Of a stretch of 45,648 nucleotides of DNA, positions 38,168 to 45,648 are shown one piece after another. The stretch spans positions 72,995,671 to 73,041,318 of the forward strand of contig NC_068984.1 of assembly GCF_001194135.2 (NCBI RefSeq). The letters are read 5' to 3'. The notes below the pieces were generated by a model. It was not told the origin of the DNA. It worked only from the letters and a program-made list of their open reading frames with translations, and did no database searches. The position numbers and the translations under genes are program-made. This DNA is from Octopus bimaculoides (Eukaryota). Position 1 is the stretch's first letter, and each line of letters starts with the position of its first letter.

Positions 38168-41100
38168 GTAATCATGCAGTGAAAGTTTAGCAACATGGTA
38201 TAGTCTTTCTGACGAGTGACGTATGTTTTCCGAAGGTGGGAAACAGTATCTGTTTGCATGATTTATGTTATTGAATATTGCTCTCTTCTTTGCCACTAAT
38301 ATTACATATCTTGTACACATACACATACGTCTTAACATATTAGGATACACGCAAACGCATACGCAGTTAGTCACATGCACGAGCGCTCACACACGTGCAC
38401 ATTGATAACGAGGTAAGATGTTGGGATCGCTGTGTCCATATAATTTTTAGTAACAATATTAGTGGATAGAAACTTTTTGTCTCATGAATATAGGTACCCA
38501 CGGCACACTGCCGTGAAACCATTCCATACTTTTGCCGGTATTTAACTGCACATGAAAGCAATTATAATGCATTAAGACAAGTGAGTATTGAACCTTTTAA
38601 CGATTTCAATTTTTACACCTTAAATACCATTTAAAAGAACTTTGAAATGAAGTTAGTTTTAGGGAAATAAAACAATGTTGCAACTAAATGTTCTTTTACA
38701 TACGTTCTATAATTTAAAGCATTATAGTTGTCAGTGGGAATACGCATATTATTACATATTACGTAGCGTATCATTGCAATATATATTGAATGCGTATATA
38801 TCAATACCATACTTATTTCTTATTATGATTGAAAATTCCTATTCATGTATGGGTACGATCTCAAGCATACAATGCTTTTCTTTGTTTCTCGCCAATGAAA
38901 CTTTTAATGAAGAAACTGTTTCTGATTCTCTCTTTCTCTGTCTGTCTTGCCTTCTTTCTATCAATGTGTGTTTGTGAGTACGTATAGATGCATACATAAT
39001 AACTACATACATATATTCATTATCTATCATTGACAGTCTAAGGTTTGGAAACACATGTATTCATATTAGAATTTCAAATATTATTATATTATCAAACCAG
39101 TGCACTAGATGAGTTTTAACGTTTACATATAACAACAAAAATAAACAGGTATAATATTACGTCCGCAAATTCACAGTACGCAAAATATTCATAGAGCGAA
39201 TGTTTGCTCTCGTTCATTTTGGTGTGTTCATTTTATGCTGTATACTGTTAAATACTGGCTGAAGTGTTAGAGAGAAGCTGAACTATTATAGATCGTGACA
39301 AACTATGAATCCCGTGGAGATAATGCATTCGGCAAGATGCCTTCTGGTTCTTCTCATGTGCATCCTTACTTGAATATTCAAGGCCTTGAGAACAGAAAGA
39401 AGGAAGCTAAGTAAGCACTCTCAAGTAGTAAGCTAATCTTACTAATCACCATGCCTAGAGGAATGAATGACACAAATGTGTTTTCAGTGCGAAAAGTTGC
39501 TGCATATTGATGGAATAGAATCCCTTGAACATTTGTTCGTTTATACGAGTTGGAAGTGATGATAAATTGAAAGGCAAGTAATTATTCCCTTATTCCTTTA
39601 TTGGATTTCGTCATTGAATTGCTGACTATCATTGTAACTCAGAGCGTGTATCTGGTAATTCTATCTTCAATATCAGAATCCATCATGGACATATTTTAAA
39701 TTCTAAAATATGGAAAGAAACAGCACTTGGACGAAATTTAATATTAAGATATAATTTTGAAAGGTGTAATGATTTTGTTGCATATATATATATGTGTGTG
39801 TGTGTGTGTAAGTTTGTATGTATGTATGCATGTATATGCATGTGTATATGGATGCATATTCATATATGGAGAGAGAGGAGGAAGGAGAGAGAAAGAGAGA
39901 AATGAACGCATATGTGTATCTATATTATATTTGTACAGATTGAGAAAAGCTACTAAGAACCAGTACTAAAAGCATGATAAGTGTTCTTAAGAAATTATTA
40001 TGTTTTTATATTTTAACCAATATTCATATTTTCATATTTTCTCAGTATTTTGCTCAAGTTGCTCACCTCCAGCTATTTAGTAAAATAATTGTAAAATGGT
40101 ATCTTTCTGCTTTCTTGGACGCCGATTTAAAAGATTATTCAATGGTTATTTCCGGAGGTCTTGTAAGTGAATTTTGTGTAGGTTGTATCACTTTGTTGAT
40201 ATTTGGCGCTTAGCAAATTTTCTTTATCGTGAAGTCTACACCTTAGCTGACTGAAGTCGAATTCATGTATTACATTAGTAGATTGAATTACATTTTGTTA
40301 GTGTGAACATCAATATGAAGGCTGTTATATCCTAATATTAAGGTAATCTATTATAAATCGTAAAGTTGTCGTTATGAGTGGTGTGCGTTGTTCTGTCTTT
40401 TCGGACTCTTTTCCTAATTATAGGCTCATCTGTTCTGTAACCAGGGTGCATTTGGCCTTTGTAGTGTATCTTATGCGGAAAGTGTTTAAGCAGAACGTAC
40501 ACTTGATTGAAATCTTGTAGAGATTTTATTGGGTATTACATCATTTATAGTAACTATACTTTTATCAGCTTTGACAAAGACATAGTATTTGCTCTGTCCG
40601 TCTTTTCACAATTTTATTTTTATCTTTATCTCTATACATTTTGCTTCCTTCCGACACAAACAAAGCACAATACTTGGCAGACACAGTGTAAGAGAGCACC
40701 TTTCATGCAAATCTGAAGTGCCACTCTAATGTTTAAAACCGGAAACGTCAAGTAACGTTTAACATGTAATTTCTGTGTGAAGTGGCGTTCAAAGCAGAAT
40801 TGGTACAGAAATAACTGTAACTAGTCATTCTTTCTTTGTGTTCTCATCTGAATTATATTTCACACTTCTCTAAACTCAGTCAATGGCTTTGCGTTAGGAC
40901 ATCTGGATTTTCTAGACGTGAAAAATTTGCGAATAGCTGGAACATTAAATATTATTTTTCGAGGCAGATAAACAACTTGGACTTAAATCGTTATAATCCT
41001 TATACAGTATTATTATTGTTTAATTATATAAAATATTTGCATAATCTTTTATGTATATTGAAGATTCAATTGTGTCAACTGGTTGATTTCTTACTCCTCT

Positions 41101-42772
41101 TTTCTTTTGAATGAGTTGGAGCCCTATGTTACTGCTGCACGAAGAACAAATAATTGGCATTATGTTTTAGAAGCATCAAACCCAATCAAGGTGATATATA
41201 TTCAAAAGCCAACCATCCGAAACAATCATTTTAAACAATAAGGTGTTTTGAAGGAGGTTTAAGTTCTCTCTTGCTGCAGATCAATACACTATCTAAAGAA
41301 TTCTACGTTTGCTTAAGAAAAACAACAATTACTGCGCGATATTTAGGGAATTAATAGTAAGTAAAAGCTGAGGTCCAGTATGCCGTTCTTCCATGATCTG
41401 CTTTAGTGTCTACTATTGTATGTAATGCTCTTTGTCGCAGGTGAAAGTAAAAGATATGAACTAACTGCAACAACAATATTCTTGACGTTTCCTTACCAAT
41501 GATTTGTAAGCTTTTCACACCTTTTGCTTTTAAATTATTTTCATATCTATATATGTTAATCCACTACGTATTGATTTCTATAATATATTTGTGCAGGAAT
41601 ATCAAATTTTTGACATGAGATTTGAGAATAGATCCATAAAGACCGCTAAATAATAAATTCTGATTAGCCCATAGATACGTGGCCACAATTGATATTTATC
41701 ACACATCTAAAATCCCGTGGTCAAAATAATTTTTGAACACGCTATTCGTAAAAGGCTTTCTATACATTGCGTTGGCTTAGATCCAATAATGGTCAATTTC
41801 TCCAACAGGAATTTGTCGGAATATAAATTTATGGAAGACAAATCATGTTTTCTCATAAGAATCAATGATATATTGGCGAAGATATACCACTAGCATTCTG
41901 TAGACTAACAATATATGATGACACAGATGGAATTTATGACAAATGCAGAAATGATTCAGCATCGTAAAATATCCAAGACAATCATTTTTAGAATGCCATT
42001 CTTTACTGTAATTTGTTTTACCTTTAAGCCATAAGAATGAATACCTTTCATTCATTTGTGAGAGCAGTAAAACTTCTCCCCATATTGAGTGTCGATAGTA
42101 AATTCCCAGCATCCTATACCACGTATTGTCGGATAGGGAGCGAAGAGTTAATCAAGAGAAATATGACTACTATATTGTAAACATGCATACACTATTATGT
42201 GTTTCTAGTAGCCAACACTTGAAAGAAGAGGTAGAAAATGAAGATTGTATCTAAAGGCATTAATGATAAGTATTTGACAATAAACAAACTCTCCTTATTT
42301 TTGGAGTATGTATGACTGGAAACATATCATTTATTTGAAACTTACCCAGTAGCATTAATAGTGCATTGGGATAAATGGCGTGTCTTTCATTGGCAAAGAA
42401 AATATATATGAACTTCATTGGCCGGAAGATTACTTCTTATTAAATAGTTCTTGCAACTAAGTAGAAATAAGCATATTTTACTTAATGACCAGTAAGAAAA
42501 AGATATCTATTGAAAGCGAAATTTGCTGATCCATACTAATGCCAAATATGTGCAGCCTTTACATAAGCATTTTAAAGAATATCACGTTATTTGCATGCAA
42601 TATATAAAGAAAATAAACTGAATACAATGCTCGCATTATTCCAAATGATTGTTATGCAAGCAATGTCCATCTATTTGAACAAACAATTGATGGAACAAAC
42701 AACATGTAGAAAAAAACTACATACGGCTAAAGCAAATATATTGTAATATACTAATCATTAGATTTGATTGCT

Positions 42773-42798
42773 TGTCATCATCATCATCATCGTCGTCG

Positions 42799-42851
<53 letters not shown>
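42773..42851. repeat. (TCA)n-(TCG)n-(TTA)n compound microsatellite; a degenerate (TTA)n resumes at ~44298-44342
   Basis: Directly visible on both sides of the retroelement. Confidence 0.95.
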
Positions 42852-42854
<3 letters not shown>

Positions 42855-44296
42855 TAGTTTTATTTTTATAACGTGCTTTCACTTCACTACCGAGCGCAGC
42901 TCTGTGCGCCTTGGGTATGTGCTGTGGTTTGCTGTGGTGCTCTTATGTTTACTGTATTGAAAGTGTTTTGCGTAGAATGTGTGCAGTACCCAGTAGTGCA
43001 ATTTTCTGTATGTTATATATATTTGTAAGTCCTGGTGTTTTTGTTATGTATTTGTCTGAATATTTTTTTATTATACCTAAGGCACCTACTATGATAGGAA
43101 TTGTTTCTGTTTTTAGATTCCACATTCGAGTTATCTCTATTTCCAGGTCTTTGTATTTTGAAAGTTTTTCCATTTCTTTTAGAGAAACGTNNNNNNNNNN
43201 NNNNNNNNNNNNNNNNNNNNNNNNNNNNNNNNNNNNNNNNNNNNNNNNNNNNNNNNNNNNNNNNNNNNNNNNNNNNNNNNNNNNNNNNNNNNNNNNNNNN
43301 NNNNNNNNNNNNNNNNNNNNNNNNNNNNNNNNNNNNNNNNNNNNNNNNNNNNNNNNNNNNNNNNNNNNNNNNNNNNNNNNNNNNNNNNNNNNNNNNNNNN
43401 NNNNNNNNNNNNNNNNNNNNNNNNNNNNNNNNNNNNNNNNNNNNNNNNNNNNNNNNNNNNNNNNNNNNNNNNNNNNNNNNNNNNNNNNNNNNNNNNNNNN
43501 NNNNNNNNNNNNNNNNNNNNNNNNNNNNNNNNNNNNNNNNNNNNNNNNNNNNNNNNNNNNNNNNNNNNNNNNNNNNNNNNNNNNNNNNNNNNNNNNNNNN
43601 NNNNNNNNNNNNNNNNNNNNNNNNNNNNNNNNNNNNNNNNNNNNNNNNNNNNNNNNNNNNNNNNNNNNNNNNNNNNNNNNNNNNNNNNNNNNNNNNNNNN
43701 NNNNNNNNNNNNNNNNNNNNNNNNNNNNNNNNNNNNNNNNNNNNNNNNNNNNNNNNNNNNNNNNNNNNNNNNNNNNNNNNNNNNNNNNNNNNNNNNNNNN
43801 NNNNNNNNNNNNNNNNNNNNNNNNNNNNNNNNNNNNNNNNNNNNNNNNNNNNNNNNNNNNNNNNNNNNNNNNNNNNNAATACTGAAAACAGTTTTTTGTT
43901 TTGCTCGTGTTTTGTGGCTATTTGTATTAGTTTCCCTTGCTTCTGGAGTAGGTATTTTTGCAGTCCTATGGTGGTTATTTTATAATAGTTTTCTAGCTGT
44001 ATAAGACCCCTGCCACCTTCTGTGCGTTGTATATATAGCCTTTCTATGTCAGATTTTGGGTGGTGCATCCTATATCCTGTCATTATTTTTCTTGTTTTCC
44101 TGTCTATTTTACATAGTTCGTTTAGTGTCCAGTTAAGGATGTTGTAGCTGTAGCTTATAACTGGGACAGCTAAAGTGTTGATGCCCATTATCTTGTTTTT
44201 AGCATTGAGCTCTGTTTTTAGTATTGATCTAACTCGTCTATAGTACTCTTTCTTTATTTTTTCTTTCATTTGTGTATGTTGTATCCTATCTAGTTC

Positions 44297-44299
<3 letters not shown>
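42852..44299 (-). mobile_element. 5'-truncated non-LTR retrotransposon with restriction-like endonuclease (R4/Dong-like)
   Basis: Post-RT region MKEKIKKEYYRRVRSILKTELNAKNKIMGINTLAVPVISYS...RLYIQRTEGGRGL; C-terminus EKLSKYKDLEIEITRMW...PIIVGALG...ALLGTAHILRK*; ~95-nt 3' UTR running into (AAT)n; middle hidden by the 687-nt gap. Confidence 0.85.
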
Positions 44300-44331
<32 letters not shown>

Positions 44332-44398
44332 CTATTATTATTGCCTTTGCACAGCTTTTAACGCTGGAGATGTACTACAGTATCAGCTGTTCACTACC

Positions 44399-44442
<44 letters not shown>

Positions 44443-44542
44443 NNNNNNNNNNNNNNNNNNNNNNNNNNNNNNNNNNNNNNNNNNNNNNNNNNNNNNNNNN
44501 NNNNNNNNNNNNNNNNNNNNNNNNNNNNNNNNNNNNNNNNNN

Positions 44543-44770
44543 TGCTTGGCATTCGCGCCGGAAGCTCCAATACGAGTATTTCAGAGTGTTTGGGTGTCAA
44601 TCTGATGACAGTGCAATCTGAGATTATGTACCGAGATTGATAAAAATCAAGCATCCAGCATTGTGTTTGGAATTATCACTATTGATGGCGACGACATGCC
44701 TCCATTCATCTTCCCACAAGACCTCAGACTCAACACGGAGGCCGACATCAGGTGTCTGGAGGACATTGCT
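44543..44770 (+). mobile_element. Internally deleted Tc1/mariner transposase fragment, maT/DD37D-like
   Basis: LGIRAGSSNTSISECLGVNL.TVQ joined directly to VPRLIKIKHPA / VFGIITIDGDDMPPFIFPQDLRLNTEADIRCLE. Confidence 0.7.
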
Positions 44771-44902
44771 AGAAACAAGTGCTAAAATGCTCTAATGCTG
44801 TAGTTGAAGCACATAATTGGATACATAGATACAGACATCCAGAGATTTCTATGATCGAAACATATATACAGACAGAGAATTAAGTAGAGCCGAAATAGAG
44901 CC

Positions 44903-44957
44903 AGTTGTTACTGATGAGGCAACGGAAATTGCTGAAACTGAACTCAGTATCAGGAAT
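44903..44957 (+). ncRNA. Hammerhead-like motif with intact core and stems II/III but weak stem I
   Basis: CUGAUGA 44911-17; GGCAA/TTGCT stem II; GAAA 44934-37; ACUG-aacu-CAGU stem III; GUA ending at 44949. Confidence 0.55.
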
Positions 44958-45052
44958 TCTCAAACGGTATTTTCGGCCGATTATAGTACCTGCCTGTATT
45001 TATGTATATATAATATATAATATATAGATGGAAGGAGAAAAGATATTATTGG

Positions 45053-45093
45053 GTACGATGCATGTTTCGACCCATTCTGGGTCTCTTCGGTAC
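45053..45093 (-). ncRNA. Degenerate hammerhead motif
   Basis: Reverse complement gtac-C(-)GAAGA-GACCC-agaat-GGGTC-GAAAC-atgc-ATC-gtac: perfect stem II, one base missing from CUGAAGA. Confidence 0.55.
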
Positions 45094-45141
45094 ATCAATA
45101 AAAAGTTTTACGAGAGGTTTTCTGATTCGGTTTTACGTACC

Positions 45142-45181
45142 ATTATATGTCCATCAACTTCGGAGTTGATGGACATATAAT
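45142..45181. repeat. Perfect 18-bp hairpin with 4-nt loop
   Basis: attatatgtccatcaact-tcgg-agttgatggacatataat. Confidence 0.95.
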
Positions 45182-45270
45182 ATAACATAACGAAAACAGC
45201 TGTTCGCAATATAAACCAAAAAGGAAAAATTCAATTGCAACTGATTGTGACTGATGGTGCCTAGTAGCCC

Positions 45271-45586
45271 CTATACTGTTAGATATAAGAGTTAAAAAAC
45301 ACTTAAAGCCGCAAGAAAGCACATTTTCATATACTGACAGGGGAGATAACTACCCTATAGTTAGCGAGATCATTATACTAGTCTAGTTTCGCTTGAAAAT
45401 TACTAGCACATCAATAGATTCACATAGTAAATATATATACTGACAGTCAGTATTTAGTCAAACCACCCAGTGATTGAGTTGTGTGTACTGATGAGCCTGT
45501 AACTTTCAAGTGAAACTAGACTGATATATGATTATATGCTTTCTTGCAGATCTAAGTGATTTTAACTCTTATTTCTAGTGATATAG
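45271..45586. mobile_element. Decayed fold-back element with mirrored hammerhead remnants (45380-45414 minus; 45484-45530 plus)
   Basis: Left taagagttaaaaaacacttaaagccgcaagaaagca mirrors right tgctttcttgcagatctaagtgattttaactctta. Right core gtgta-CTGATGA(45488-94)-gc..caagt-GAAAC; the two copies imply stem II GCTTG/CAAGC. Left arm has a ~42-bp insert. Confidence 0.65.
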
Positions 45587-45648
45587 CTGCTACGCAGAAC
45601 CCTGAGTCACATTTAGTAACAGTTCTACACGTATGTGTATGATATATA

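Noticed and set aside
40713-40756. CTGAAGT...GAAACGTC hammerhead-like spacing
   Set aside because: Core mismatch and neither stem I nor stem II pairs.
1-45648. CRISPR arrays, rRNA genes, prokaryotic operons
   Set aside because: None seen; the repeats are eukaryotic microsatellites, SINEs and inverted repeats without regular spacer architecture.

Overview
AT-rich, microsatellite-saturated, gapped animal genomic DNA. The SINE families, (TA)n/(CA)n/(TACA)n density and transposon content point to an octopus-type cephalopod (inference, no search run). I could not support any intact host protein-coding gene; most ORF-track entries are microsatellite or N-gap artefacts. Supported content: a decayed near-full-length mariner with TIRs and TA TSD (35776-36938); a 5'-truncated R4/Dong-like non-LTR retrotransposon inside a (TAA)n tract (42852-44299); a CR1-like LINE remnant with ORF1 and APE endonuclease but no RT (29600-31110); a maT/DD37D-type transposase fragment; several tRNA-derived SINEs; and a CpG-rich segment with strong minus-strand splice signals (7207-7605) that may be the 5' end of a gene. 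The most striking signal is not in the ORF track: about 11 type-I hammerhead-ribozyme-like motifs, from near-intact to decayed and from several unrelated sequence families. Most lie in non-coding fold-back (inverted repeat) elements next to (TA)n tracts, and they resemble Penelope-like pseudo-LTR derivatives.
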